Shown: positions 1-10,478, numbered from the stretch's first letter. The stretch is DNA of 64,000 nucleotides from an uncultured bacterium (GCA_963822585.1 CAWGIE010000010.1:64001-128000); one strand, 5' to 3'. Made by a program: numbers and translations. Notes: a model not told the origin generated them from the sequence alone.

Positions 1-170
1 TAATTTTCCAAGCCGCTCACATTAGCAGATGTCACGAGTGAGAACAATAATAAATGCACGACCGGCCTGACAGGTATTATTCCTTGCGGGGATTAGATGC
101 ATGTATTATAAGATCCATTTAAATTCTCCCGCGAATTCCCCCTTATGGGGGAATTCGCGGGAGAATTTAA

Positions 171-244
<74 letters not shown>

Positions 245-250
245 TAAAGA

Positions 251-354
251 CAGGGATAAGGGGTAAGGGATAAGGGGTAAGGGACAAGGGATAAGGGACA
301 AGGGATAAGGGACAAGGGATAAGGGATAAGGGATAGGGGATAAGGGATAAGGGG
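251..354. repeat. Tandem heptamer repeat (AAGGGAT/AAGGGAC/AAGGGGT), about 14 units
   Basis: Directly visible tandem array after tRNA-Arg. Confidence 0.95.
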
Positions 355-446
355 CGACATACTCGTTGCCTATTCGCTGCTCCTGTAGGATAATCCGTGA
401 AGAAGTAGTTTCGTATTTTAATTTTCCGGCCGGAAAATTAAAATAT

Positions 447-521
447 GGTGAGCGTAGCTCAGCTGGTTAGAGCACCTGGTTGTGGCCCAGGTGGTCGGGG
501 GTTCGAATCCCCTCGCTCACC
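447..521 (+). tRNA. tRNA-His(GTG)
   Basis: G-1 plus GTGAGCG/CGCTCAC stem with C73, anticodon loop tt GTG gc, GGTTCGAATCC. Confidence 0.97.
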
Positions 522-577
522 CTTGCAACAGTTTGAACGATTCAAGCAGCTTAACCCGATTTATTCATAAATCGGGT

Positions 578-840
578 TAGTTTTGAACCATGACAAGGAT
601 TAAATGAACAGACCCACGAAAAGATATTAATTTTATCAAATTCTCCGGCAAAGAATTACAGCCAAAGATCTATTTCTGCGGGCAACGTTAACAAAAAGAA
701 TAACACGTTGTCCTTTCGGAAAAGAAAAACAGAGTGCTATCGCCGTATAAACAAGATTGCCATTCATAGATACGTGGAACGGCAATCAGTACCCTGGATT
801 ATTCATGAAAATTTTCAATTTTCATGAATAATCCAGGGTA
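578..840. repeat. Diverged ~260-bp element, copy 1 (copy 2 at 53617-53877)
   Basis: Both copies start TAGTTTTGAACCATGAC, align collinearly and end in a TTCATGAAAATT..AATTTTCATGAA hairpin. Confidence 0.8.
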
Positions 841-866
841 ACGGCATTCTCATACCCCGGTAGCTG

Positions 867-2357
867 ATGAAGCTGATAAAAAAAACGCATTCCTTCTTCC
901 TGGTTCTTTCCTTCGCCTTTCTTTCCGGGTGCGGCCAGTCGGAGGTCGATAAGGCGGTTTCCAATGTGGTCGATGAGGCTTCCGGCCTGGTAAATAATGC
1001 GGAAGCCATCCGCGGGGAAAAACCCGATGATGCCGAACTCCTCGAAATCCGGGCGGTTACCCTCATCGAGGAGGCGGCCAAGACGTATCCCACTTCCTCC
1101 CTCGTTACCCGAATCCTGGATGGAGGGGTCAAGATCGGCCCCTTCACTCTTCCCGAGCTGAAAGAAGACATTGCCAGACGCAAAGCGGCAGCGGTTGCGG
1201 CCGAGAAGGATGAGGATATCGGCAAGGATCCTCTGACCCTCGCCGTCGAGCTGGCTGAAAAGGAAGGGCCTCCGTACTTCAAGGCGGGTGTACTGGCCCG
1301 GATTGCCGTGAGATATCATACTCGGGGGGAGGAATCACTCTCCTCCGAGATGTTTGCCCGGTCCATGGAGGCCGCGGAATCCGTGGAAGGGGGGTTCTTT
1401 AAATCGCGGGCCTTGGCCGAGATTGCCGCCCAGTACGCTCGGATGGGTGAGATGTCTCGGGCGGAAGAACTCCTGGCCCGGGCCTACTCGCTGGCCGACG
1501 ATATCGAATACCCGTATTTTCGTTCCGGGGCGCTCTCGATGGTTGCCGCCCGTTACGCGGAAGAAGGTGAGTATGAAAAGGCGATCCCGGTCATCGAGGA
1601 GATAGAAGATCCCTACTTTCAATCACGCTCCCTGGTTGACCTCGCCGGCAGCTATATCGATGCCGGCAAAAATGAGGAGGCTCAGGCCCTTCTTGCCCGG
1701 GCTTTGAACCTGGCCGGGGAGATAGAGGAAACACATTTCCGGGCGGAAGTGCTGGCCGATCATGCCGCCCGGTACGCGTCGGTGGGGGAGGAGCAGCAGG
1801 CCCTTGATCTTCTCTCCCAGGCCCTGTTGCTGGCTGATTCGATCACGGATCCCTCCGTTCAATCGGGTGTTTTGGCGATGATCGCCGGGGGGTACGCGGC
1901 CGCCGGAGACCGCGAGAAGGCGGTCGAACTTCTTTCCCGCGCTGCCGCTGCCGCCGGGACCATACAGGATAATCTTTTCAAGAATCTCGTCCTCCAGGAG
2001 ATAGCGGACCGGTTTGCCGGACTCGAAGAGTACGATCGGGCCCTCCAGATAGCGGAAACGATAGAAGACGAACGGTTCCAGGCGCTGGTTCTGGTCGCCG
2101 TGTCGCGTAGATACAAGAAAGCCGGGGATGAAGAACAGTCAGTCGCGACCGCCAACCGGGCCCTGGAAATCGCCCGGAAGATCACGAACCCCCATTTTAA
2201 AGCCGATGTGCTTTTGCAGCTCACGGACCTGCTGCCTCTCCCCGCACCGATCCCCGGCGCCGAAAAGATACCGCCTCCCGCTGTTGCAACGGCCCCTCCG
2301 GTCCCGGTGGAGCCGGTCCCCGCTGAAGAGGGACCCGTCCCTCCGCCCGTGCCCTGA
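867..2357 (+). CDS. Lipoprotein with TPR-like helical repeats and Pro-rich C-terminus
   Basis: Lipobox LSGC; tandem ~38-40 aa helical repeats (e.g. FKSRALAEIAAQY). Confidence 0.8.
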   Translation: MKLIKKTHSFFLVLSFAFLSGCGQSEVDKAVSNVVDEASGLVNNAEAIRGEKPDDAELLEIRAVTLIEEAAKTYPTSSLVTRILDGGVKIGPFTLPELKEDIARRKAAAVAAEKDEDIGKDPLTLAVELAEKEGPPYFKAGVLARIAVRYHTRGEESLSSEMFARSMEAAESVEGGFFKSRALAEIAAQYARMGEMSRAEELLARAYSLADDIEYPYFRSGALSMVAARYAEEGEYEKAIPVIEEIEDPYFQSRSLVDLAGSYIDAGKNEEAQALLARALNLAGEIEETHFRAEVLADHAARYASVGEEQQALDLLSQALLLADSITDPSVQSGVLAMIAGGYAAAGDREKAVELLSRAAAAAGTIQDNLFKNLVLQEIADRFAGLEEYDRALQIAETIEDERFQALVLVAVSRRYKKAGDEEQSVATANRALEIARKITNPHFKADVLLQLTDLLPLPAPIPGAEKIPPPAVATAPPVPVEPVPAEEGPVPPPVP

Positions 2358-2369
2358 TTTCCCCTCCCT

Positions 2370-2544
2370 CACATTCCATCACATTCAATCGTCTGTTCCC
2401 CAAAGGGGCCGAGGTAGGGGAATTGAAAACCGAACATCGAACGTTCAACTTTCAACGTCGAACGTTCAACGCTCAACATTTATTGTTATTATTCACATTC
2501 CATCACATCCAATCGTCTGTTCCCCAAAGGGGCCGAGGTAGGGG
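2370..2544. repeat. Composite intergenic repeat: two copies of CACATTCCATCACAT..AATCGTCTGTTCCCCAAAGGGGCCGAGGTAGGGGA around a (GTTCAAC)n heptamer tract
   Basis: Direct repeat; reverse-complement relatives at ~3468, 56950 and 57195; heptamer tracts also at ~3594, 5474, 57002, 57234. Confidence 0.85.
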
Positions 2545-2610
2545 AAACAAAATCCGCATAATCCGTGTAATCCGCGGTTTCAAAAAGGGGGCGCGGTAGG
2601 GGGATATAAA

Positions 2611-3468
2611 ATGAAATCAACTCCGAAAAATGCTTACTGCCGGACCGGAATTTCCGCCGAGGAAGTTTGTGGCCGGTGCGCCCGGGACGGGAAGGGCGTG
2701 GAAGAAATGATGCTCGGTCTCCTGGAGCGCGCCGGCGGCTACGCGGAATCGCCCATCTCCGGCTTCAAGGTCGGCGCGGTCGTCCGGGGACTGAGCGGCA
2801 GTCTCTACCTGGGGGCGAATTTCGAGTTTCTGGGCGAGGTCCTCACTTTCGACATCCATGCCGAACAGGCGGCCGCCGTCAACGCCTGGCTGGAGGGGGA
2901 GGAAGGGCTGACCGCCCTGGCGGTATCATCCCCTCCCTGCGGCTACTGCCGGCAGTTTCTGAATGAGCTGGCCGGGGCGGAAGGGCTGCGGATCATCGTC
3001 CCCGGGCGCCCGACCCGGACTCTGTGTGATCTCCTCCCCGATGCCTTCGGCCCGCGCGACCTTGGCGTCGAGGGCGCTCTCATGCTTCCCATGAATCATC
3101 CTCTGGAGCTGGAAACACCCACGGATGATCCCGCGGTCCGCGCGGCGCTGGAGGCGGCAAGCATGAGTTATGCCCCGTATACCCGTGCCTACGCCGGGGT
3201 CTCCCTTCTGACGGAAGATCAACAACTCTATCGCGGCCCCTACGCTGAAAACGCCGCTTTCAATCCCAGCCTCGCGCCGCTGGCAACTGCCCTGGCCCGG
3301 ATGCGTCTCTGCGGCGGGAAATACAGGGGCATCCGGCGCGCGGTCCTGGTCGAACAGAAATCGGCGTCGACCAGCCAGGCCGACGCCACCCGGATCGTGC
3401 TGGAAGCGGTCGCCCCCCGTGCCGCCTTCGAGGTCGCCTACGCCCGCCCCTCCTCCCCCCCTCTTTGA
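2611..3468 (+). CDS. cdd: Cytidine deaminase (two-domain homodimeric type)
   Basis: HAE and PCGYCRQF zinc motifs; second domain with SYAPY and ENAAFNPS. Confidence 0.93.
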   Translation: MKSTPKNAYCRTGISAEEVCGRCARDGKGVEEMMLGLLERAGGYAESPISGFKVGAVVRGLSGSLYLGANFEFLGEVLTFDIHAEQAAAVNAWLEGEEGLTALAVSSPPCGYCRQFLNELAGAEGLRIIVPGRPTRTLCDLLPDAFGPRDLGVEGALMLPMNHPLELETPTDDPAVRAALEAASMSYAPYTRAYAGVSLLTEDQQLYRGPYAENAAFNPSLAPLATALARMRLCGGKYRGIRRAVLVEQKSASTSQADATRIVLEAVAPRAAFEVAYARPSSPPL

Positions 3469-3534
3469 AACAGACGATTGGATGTGATTTGAATGTGAAT
3501 TTACCAGCCCGTTCGACATTCAGTTCTTTCTCAA

Positions 3535-3591
3535 CCCTCTCCCCTTTGTGGGAGAGGTCGGCCGTTCAGAATGAACGGCCGGGAGAGGGGG
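3535..3591. repeat. REP-like palindrome CCCTCTCCCC..GGGAGAGG-(CGGCCGTTCA gaa TGAACGGCCG)-GG(T/A)GAGGG
   Basis: Near-identical copy at ~5509-5564; looser relatives at ~7500, 19327, 37157, 38777, 46030, 48224. Confidence 0.8.
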
Positions 3592-3818
3592 CCGTTGGAC
3601 GTTCGACGTTGGACGTTCGACGTTCGAAGTTAATTTTTTTCGATCTTTCGACAACGTTACCCGATCCCCGATAAATCGGGGTAGACTATGCGAGGGCTAA
3701 GTTTGTTATTGACATGTCGGCGTTGGTTTGATATAAACAAAATACGGCCCCATTGATATGTGAAGCTGTGTTGGCTTTCGACAACGGATTCGGCCGAAGA
3801 AAAGAAGGAGAAACAAAT

Positions 3819-4115
3819 ATGAGATTTTTAGCTGTGATGCTGGCGGTGACTGCCCTCTGTGCGCTCCCGCTGCTGGCGACGGGCGAGGGAATGACCCCGG
3901 CCAAGCCTGATTTTTCCAAGATCGACAAGAACGATGACGGTGAGTTGACCCCCGCCGAGTTCGCGAGCTGCGTCGAGACTTACCCCGAGCTGGGCATGAT
4001 GAAGGCCACTTTCGACGAGATCGATGTCGACCAGGATGGGGTCATCACCCAGACCGAGTACGAATCCTGGATCCCGATGACCAATAAAGAAATAGAGCAG
4101 GTCGAAGAAGAATAA
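3819..4115 (+). CDS. Secreted EF-hand protein
   Basis: AAGGAG RBS, signal peptide, EF loops DKNDDGELTPAE and DVDQDGVITQTE. Confidence 0.85.
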   Translation: MRFLAVMLAVTALCALPLLATGEGMTPAKPDFSKIDKNDDGELTPAEFASCVETYPELGMMKATFDEIDVDQDGVITQTEYESWIPMTNKEIEQVEEE

Positions 4116-4143
4116 CGGCCGCCCGAACCCTTGATTAGGGGAG

Positions 4144-4177
4144 GGGAGGCACCCGAATCGGGTGCCTCCCTTTTTTT
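4144..4177 (+). terminator. Rho-independent terminator
   Basis: GGGAGGCACCCGA/TCGGGTGCCTCCC stem followed by T7. Confidence 0.85.
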
Positions 4178-4403
4178 AAGCGCCGGGAGGTAGAACCGTC
4201 CCGCCCCCCTTTTGTAATTCTCAACCTGAGGCTGATGCGCCTCTGGAGTACAATCAATGTAAATAAAATGGTAGCCGCCTCGTATTAGGCGGGGCATTTG
4301 ATCGCGCACCCTGAAGGGTGCGGCTACCGAAAGTTATTTCGAAACGCTAACGTTCTGGTTCGGAATTTTTATACTATTATTTTTCCGAAGAAAAAATAAT
4401 ACC

Positions 4404-5474
4404 ATGAAAGCGGACATTATCCTGCTCATTCCTTTTGACCTGGGACTGGAACTGGACTTTATCGGCCGGGACGCCGAGGAGATCGTGAAGGAAGTCTCCG
4501 GGTGTGAGGAGTCACCCCTCGCCTTCGACGGCCGTCTTTTCCAGAAGGTCGAACTCAGTTCCCGCATTTACAAGTTCGGGATCGGGCTCATTCAGCTCGC
4601 GTTTTCGGCGGAAGGAAGCCTGGATTTTTTCGCCTTGCTCTCCTGCCGGCTCCAGGAGATCTCCATCGAAGCGATGCCCATCCAGACCTGGGCGCGAAGA
4701 CTGGTTGACGGACTGATCGACCAGGCCCGGGTTTTCGCCAGCCACACATACGAACGTCGGCTGGAATTGATCGATATATTCCCCATTTTTATCCTGGAGA
4801 AAGGGGCCGTCGGCGACGCCTCCGAGTTCATCGCCGCCAACCGCAAGGCCCTCTACGGGATCGTCTCCAGCGAGCCCAACTACGATATGCTCTCGGAGTT
4901 CGTGGTCGAGCAGGAGAAACTGGTAAACTTCGGCTATTACGAGAATGAGCTGATCCTGATCAAGCGATTCGGCGCCGTCGTGTCGGCGGAAGAAGCCGGA
5001 ACCGTGATCGACCTGATCCGCCTCGCCTATACCATCTACTGGAACCTGAAGGCCTATAACTTCCTCCTGGACCGGGAGATCGACCAGGCCCAGTCGCTGC
5101 TCTCCAAGCTGCCGCCCTACTTTAAGCTCTGGCAGATGCCCCGTTGTTACCAGAGATTTTCCACGGAGGCGATCGCCTTCGGGATGGACAAGCTGGCCAT
5201 CGTCGATGCCATGCACAACGTCTCCGCCAACATCCCCCGCATCGATTCCGACTGGCATCTTCGCACCATCTACCGTTACGTGGAGCGGGAGTTCGATATC
5301 GGCGAAATGGCCCGGGCGGTGGAGATCAAGCTGGACAAGATCGAGGGATCCTACAATTCGGCCCGCGATTTCCTCTCCACCAATTTTTTCATCGCCGTCG
5401 AGATCGTCCTCATCCTCTCCCTGGCCTGGATGGTATTCGACACCGTCCTCCTCTTCCTCATCGCCCAAAAATAG
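4404..5474 (+). CDS. Hypothetical protein with C-terminal transmembrane helix (possibly RMD1/DUF155-like)
   Basis: 356-aa ORF with host-like codon usage; hydrophobic C-terminus. Confidence 0.6.
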   Translation: MKADIILLIPFDLGLELDFIGRDAEEIVKEVSGCEESPLAFDGRLFQKVELSSRIYKFGIGLIQLAFSAEGSLDFFALLSCRLQEISIEAMPIQTWARRLVDGLIDQARVFASHTYERRLELIDIFPIFILEKGAVGDASEFIAANRKALYGIVSSEPNYDMLSEFVVEQEKLVNFGYYENELILIKRFGAVVSAEEAGTVIDLIRLAYTIYWNLKAYNFLLDREIDQAQSLLSKLPPYFKLWQMPRCYQRFSTEAIAFGMDKLAIVDAMHNVSANIPRIDSDWHLRTIYRYVEREFDIGEMARAVEIKLDKIEGSYNSARDFLSTNFFIAVEIVLILSLAWMVFDTVLLFLIAQK

Positions 5475-5904
5475 TTCGAAGTTGAACGTTGAACGTTCGG
5501 TTTTTTAGCCCTTTCCCCTCGGGGGAGAGGTCGGCCGTTCAGAATGAACGGCCGGGTGAGGGGGCTGCCGCTGTTCCCGGGCGCTATGCGCTATGCTCTC
5601 CTTTTTTCCCTTGTCTTCCCCTTACCGTAATTGATATACTGTTCCCTCGCCGGATGTTTCTATCGGCTCATATGTTGGCAGCGGGAGGTCATAATCCGGC
5701 GGAATAAACTCTGCATCCGCCTAAATAAAATACTTTACATCAGTACGGGCCTTGCCGGTCCGGGAGTCATTACGCGGAATATGTAGTCTGCCGAGACGCC
5801 CCTGATGAATGTTTTCTTCTATTTTGTTTCGCTGACCCTGGCCGCTACCGCGTCCCCTCCGTCTTCCCTCCCCACCGCCCCCGCGGCCATCCCCGCCACC
5901 CGTC

Positions 5905-7395
5905 ATGTCAACGCCGGCTCCTTCCCCGATCATCGTTTCCTCGCCGCCCGTCATCTCCGCCCCGGCGCCAACCCCGGCCGTCATTTCCCCGCCCACCGCC
6001 GGCTCCTTACCGGCGCCTTCGCCGGCCGTCGTTTCCCCGGCGCCGTCCGTCCCGGCTCCTGCCGCCTCTCCCTCCATCCCTCCGGCGGCCAGCCCGGAGC
6101 AGGCGTTCCGGGAGTCCTATGCACTGATCAAAGAGGCCGATCGGTTCCATCATGCCGGGGCGGATGAAAAAGCGGCGGCTGACTATCGGGCCGCCCTCGA
6201 TATTCTCGACCAGCTCTCCGCCGACAACCCGCTCTGGAACCGGATCGCGGTCGCCAAGAAAATGAAGTACTGCGCCGGCCGTCTCTGGGAACGGCTCCCC
6301 GATCAGGTGGGCGACGATGCTACAGGACTGCCCGGGAAAAAGCTGGTGGTCAGCTTCATCGACGTCGGCCAGGGGGAGAGCGCCCTGATCGAATGCCCCA
6401 ATGGCCAGGCGATCCTGATCGATGGGGGGAGCAAGTCCGCCGGGCTGAACGTGGTCAGCTACCTGCGGAAAAGATCTGTCCCCAAGATCGATCTTCTGAT
6501 CGCCACCCATCCCGATGCCGATCACATGGGAGGGCTGGCCACCGTCATCCGCAACAGCATCGTGTGGAAGTTTCTCGACCCGGGCATCCCCAACCCCAGC
6601 ACATACTACTCCAAATTGCTCCAGATGGTGAAGGTGATGAATATCCCCGTTGTCCGGGGAAGGAGAGGGGATGAATACCGGTTCGGGGAGGTGACGCTGA
6701 AAATCCTCAACCCGCCCGCTACGTTATACGACAACGCCGATAACAATTCGGCGGTGGTGGAACTTGACTACGGGGAGACCCGGTTTCTCTTCACGGGGGA
6801 CGCGGCGGCGGCGGCGGAGATCGCGATGCTGGAGGGAAAGCAGGTATCCCGCTGCCAGGTGTTCAAAGTCGGGCACCACGGGAGCATCTCCTGCTCCTGC
6901 ATGAAACTGCTCAACCGGGTGAAACCGGAAGTGGCGGCCATCAGCTGCGGACGGGGCAACCCCTATGGTCATCCCGGTCAGGAAGTTCTGGACCGGCTGA
7001 AGTCGGTTGGTTGCGATTGGTATCGCACCGACGAACGGGGGGACATCAGGATCGAGTCCGACGGGAAAAAGTACCTGGTGATCGCGATGAAAGATGCTCC
7101 CGGCGCGGCGGATCCGGCCGGGCAAACGACGCAGATAAAACAGGAGACGCAGCCGTCCCGGGTGAGCGGCGCGGGGCAATCGGGAGTGATATGTAAAGGG
7201 GTTGACCTCAATACGGCCCGGCAGGAGCAGCTGACGACGCTGCCCGGGATCGGTCCGGTCAAGGCCCAGTCCATCATCGATTACCGGGAGCACAACGGTC
7301 CTTTTACCTGTGTCGAGGATCTCGATAAGGTCTTCGGGATCGGTCCCAAGACGGTGGCGAAACTGAAGGAACTGGTCCGGACCGCCCCCCGCTAA
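5905..7395 (+). CDS. ComEC/Rec2-type metallo-beta-lactamase fused to a ComEA helix-hairpin-helix domain; true start probably 5805 via a frameshift
   Basis: IDVGQGE, THPDADHMGG, LFTGD, KVGHHGS, NPYGHP; C-terminal DLNTA..LPGIGPVKA..GIGPKT. Confidence 0.88.
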   Translation: MSTPAPSPIIVSSPPVISAPAPTPAVISPPTAGSLPAPSPAVVSPAPSVPAPAASPSIPPAASPEQAFRESYALIKEADRFHHAGADEKAAADYRAALDILDQLSADNPLWNRIAVAKKMKYCAGRLWERLPDQVGDDATGLPGKKLVVSFIDVGQGESALIECPNGQAILIDGGSKSAGLNVVSYLRKRSVPKIDLLIATHPDADHMGGLATVIRNSIVWKFLDPGIPNPSTYYSKLLQMVKVMNIPVVRGRRGDEYRFGEVTLKILNPPATLYDNADNNSAVVELDYGETRFLFTGDAAAAAEIAMLEGKQVSRCQVFKVGHHGSISCSCMKLLNRVKPEVAAISCGRGNPYGHPGQEVLDRLKSVGCDWYRTDERGDIRIESDGKKYLVIAMKDAPGAADPAGQTTQIKQETQPSRVSGAGQSGVICKGVDLNTARQEQLTTLPGIGPVKAQSIIDYREHNGPFTCVEDLDKVFGIGPKTVAKLKELVRTAPR

Positions 7396-7672
7396 GCCCC
7401 CGACCCCGCTCCCAGCCTCCCCTTCGGCAAGATTAAGATTATACTCCCCATCAAGGGGGGAGGAGTACCGGGGCGGCGAGCCGCCCGCGAATGGATTCCC
7501 CCTCCCTTGAGGGGAGGGGGTTATGGGGAGGGTGGCCCCCAGGGTATCCTTGTTCTGAGAATTTTTATCTTCGAGTATCATCATATAAACACAATTTACC
7601 CACACAAAATGGAAGAGCACCTTCTTTTCTTAGTGTCTTGGTGCCTTGGTGGCAAAAACCCGGGAGGATAAA

Positions 7673-8527
7673 ATGGAAACATTGCAGGACATCCCCCTGA
7701 ACGCAATCACCATCCCCGCGGACCACATCCGCGTCCAGAGCGCTGACGAAAAGGCGCTCCAGAAGTTGGCCGACTCGATTCTCTCGGTCGGCCTCCTGGT
7801 CCGGATCATCGTCCGGCCGGTGGAAGAGGAGAAATATGAACTGGTGGACGGCGAGCGCCGATATCGCGCCTACAGCTCCCTCTACGAGAAGGAAGGTAAG
7901 AAATGGATTGCCATCCCGGCCATCGTGGAGGAAATGACCCCGAAGGAGGCGGTCCGCCGCCAGGTGGCGATCAACGAGAACCGCGCCGACCTCACCCCCT
8001 TCGAGAAAGCCAAGGGCTATAAACTGGCCTGGGAGACCGGATACTTCAAGAGCTACCGGGAACTGGCCTCGATGGTGGGAAAGTCCCACACCTCGGTCGT
8101 CCGCTCGATCAACATCTTCGAAAAATTCCCCAAAGAGATCATCGAAGCTTTCGAGAACGGCGTGCTCAAGCAAGCCCACCTTCAGTATTTCTATGGTCTC
8201 CCTGATCGGCAGGTGATGCGGAAGCTTTTTCAAGCCATTATCAAGGATCACCTGAAGTCGCCTGAGGCGCGATCATTGGCTAATCGTCTTGACGAGCGCT
8301 GGTTAAGCGGCGACCGGGAACTCCTGACCCAACTGGTGGAGAAAAATCCTGTCTTAAAAGAACTCCTCGGGAGTGAAATCACCATTGCTGACCTGGTCAA
8401 GAAGAGCAAATGCACGCTGAACTACACCAATCTGACCCGCTTTTCAGAGCTGATTACCCTGCTCAACAAGCTGGTAAATAGTGGTGAATTTCGCACCACC
8501 TTGATGCAATACAAAGATCAGCAGTAA
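7673..8527 (+). CDS. ParB/Srx-domain protein with HTH
   Basis: GGAGG RBS; LADSILSVGLL..IVRP, YELVDGERRYRA, ENRADL. Confidence 0.85.
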   Translation: METLQDIPLNAITIPADHIRVQSADEKALQKLADSILSVGLLVRIIVRPVEEEKYELVDGERRYRAYSSLYEKEGKKWIAIPAIVEEMTPKEAVRRQVAINENRADLTPFEKAKGYKLAWETGYFKSYRELASMVGKSHTSVVRSINIFEKFPKEIIEAFENGVLKQAHLQYFYGLPDRQVMRKLFQAIIKDHLKSPEARSLANRLDERWLSGDRELLTQLVEKNPVLKELLGSEITIADLVKKSKCTLNYTNLTRFSELITLLNKLVNSGEFRTTLMQYKDQQ

Positions 8528-8609
8528 GTTGCAATCAGGTTGCGTAAGAGCAACGCCCTGATTTATTGGATAAATAAAGATCTTGTCGAGCAAATAAGAA
8601 GTAAAGCAA

Positions 8610-8975
8610 ATGACTCCGATCGATAGTTTCTCATCTATGGCGGTTAGGTATCTGCCGGGGATTCTTTTCGGAGGATTCCTGCTTTGGCGGGCAGCGGCAC
8701 CGTTGCTGGTCATCCACGATATCAAGAAAGGAGCCCTCAAACCCGATTCGGGAGGTTTCTTCATTTTCCAGGGGATCGCCTTCGTGACGCCCTGTGCCTT
8801 TCTAGCGAAGGCTTTATTTACTCAAGGGGAATGGATCGTTTTTAGCATCTTTTTCCTGTCCGCCATCCTGTCAATCGGAGCAGGTGCATATATTATCAAG
8901 CTGAATAAAGCTCTAAAGCTGGAAGAGGAAAATATCGACGACCCGATTAAAGAGAAGCTCGACGAAAAGCATTGA
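8610..8975 (+). CDS. Small membrane protein
   Basis: Three hydrophobic segments; followed by a long hairpin at 8978-9030. Confidence 0.6.
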   Translation: MTPIDSFSSMAVRYLPGILFGGFLLWRAAAPLLVIHDIKKGALKPDSGGFFIFQGIAFVTPCAFLAKALFTQGEWIVFSIFFLSAILSIGAGAYIIKLNKALKLEEENIDDPIKEKLDEKH

Positions 8976-9562
8976 AGTTACTTGACCGGATCGCCAGTCT
9001 TGTCGCAAGACTGGCGATTCCGTCAAGTAAGATAAAATTCCCCATCCTCTTGCCACCCTGTTGGTAACGGATATTTCACCATCAGGCCTCATCCCAGTAC
9101 TTCCGTTACCGTTAATTTGATGTCTAAAATATTTATCCTTTTCACCTTGGTTTGAGTCTCCATTTCTCTTTCTCTAAATTAGCCTTAATTTCCCCACCCC
9201 CCTATTTTTCCTTGATCAATATATTATTGAAGCGTAAAATATTTAAACCTTATGAAGTAACATCACCTTTGCCATCTCCAATTGGCCGGAGCTGTAAAAG
9301 GGGTAATGAGAGATTGGGCTGCCAACTAAATCAACGAATTAAAGATTAGGGGATAAAAATAGCCGGTGTTATACCCAAATCACCATAACTCTTTTATCCC
9401 GGTGTTATGGAAAACAGACAGTTGTTTCGGATAGACTGAGAAAGCAAAAGTTTCGGCGGAGTGTATTCTTAATAATATCCTTGAACTGATAATCCTGCAT
9501 GAATTCTCGCAACTGGAGATTGTGTAGAAGAATTAGTTCGGCTAAGGTAACCACCTATCCAC

Positions 9563-9976
9563 ATGCAATCACGCCCGCAATCCACGCGCATCCGCGCAAC
9601 AGATGCATTGCAGAAAGCGCTTAAACCGATCGCTTCACTAATCAGCAAGTCTGAGAAGGCACAGCAGAAACTGGCGCCGGGAACGTGGCAACATACGATG
9701 CTTCGAAACAATCTCGAAGCGTTACACGTTGCGCTCGCGCTGATGAACAAGGACACTGGCGATACGGGGACTTTCGCACAAGCCACTTTGCAGGAAGCCC
9801 TCCGCGCGTTTGCTCCAATGATATGCAAGACGGAGAAAGCCCTGGCGGCATTCCCGCCCGGCACTCCCCAACACACCTTGCAACGAAACAGACTCAAGGC
9901 GTTGCGCGCAGCGGAAGCACTGATCACGACGGAATTGGACAGGCAGCGGGTTCCAGAGAAAGACCTGCGTAAATGA
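9563..9976 (+). CDS. Hypothetical protein with an internal duplication (gene cassette 1)
   Basis: KSEKAQQKLAPGTWQHTMLRNNLEAL vs KTEKALAAFPPGTPQHTLQRNRLKAL; bounded by attC-type cores. Confidence 0.75.
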   Translation: MQSRPQSTRIRATDALQKALKPIASLISKSEKAQQKLAPGTWQHTMLRNNLEALHVALALMNKDTGDTGTFAQATLQEALRAFAPMICKTEKALAAFPPGTPQHTLQRNRLKALRAAEALITTELDRQRVPEKDLRK

Positions 9977-9979
9977 AAA

Positions 9980-10037
9980 GCCGAACCAGCACATCCACGG
10001 TACGGTGTGCCGCCGCCTGTGATGTGCGACGTTCGCA
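9980..10037 (+). other. Integron attC site
   Basis: R'' GCCGAAC just after the stop codon; GCACATC(C)AC pairs with GTGATGTGC with one extrahelical base; R' GTTCGCA. Confidence 0.75.
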
Positions 10038-10050
10038 CTGAAGGAAATAT

Positions 10051-10425
10051 ATGAAACGAATCATCCTGCTTATCGGCGCAGTGGCGGTCCTCGCGGCATC
10101 TGCCGCTCTTGCCAAGCGTGCGGCCCCGGCCCCCGTCGTCACCGTTCATGACGGGCATATGGAATATCGAGCACCTCACTCTTACATGGGGTGCGTCGAG
10201 GCTTGGGATTCGGGAAAGAAGAAACTCGTTTGGCGGCGTCAAATTTACACCGTCACATACGATGCCGACCTTGAGCAAGATGTGCAAGATGTCTATATCA
10301 CCGGCATCTCGCTCAAAGGAGACATTCTGACGGTCACCAACGAACGGGATTCAGTTTATGAGTTGAATTTAAAAACGTTGGAAGTCAAGGTCGTGAAAGG
10401 CGCTGCCGTAGAGAAGCACGACTGA
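10051..10425 (+). CDS. Secreted hypothetical protein (gene cassette 2)
   Basis: AAGGA RBS, signal peptide MKRIILLIGAVAVLAASAALA. Confidence 0.75.
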   Translation: MKRIILLIGAVAVLAASAALAKRAAPAPVVTVHDGHMEYRAPHSYMGCVEAWDSGKKKLVWRRQIYTVTYDADLEQDVQDVYITGISLKGDILTVTNERDSVYELNLKTLEVKVVKGAAVEKHD

Positions 10426-10428
10426 GAT

Positions 10429-10478
10429 TGCGCGCACGGACACCCCCTTCGGGGTCGCCGCTCAGCCGCCCGTTCGGC
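10429..10478 (+). other. Degenerate attC site (left arm eroded)
   Basis: CCCCTTCGGGG apex and GCTCAGCCGCCC-GTTCGGC right end immediately before the next ATG. Confidence 0.55.

Noticed and set aside
578..840. The two 260-bp copies as a DGR template/variable pair or small gene
   Set aside because: Differences are not adenine-specific, indels break frame, and no reverse transcriptase is present.
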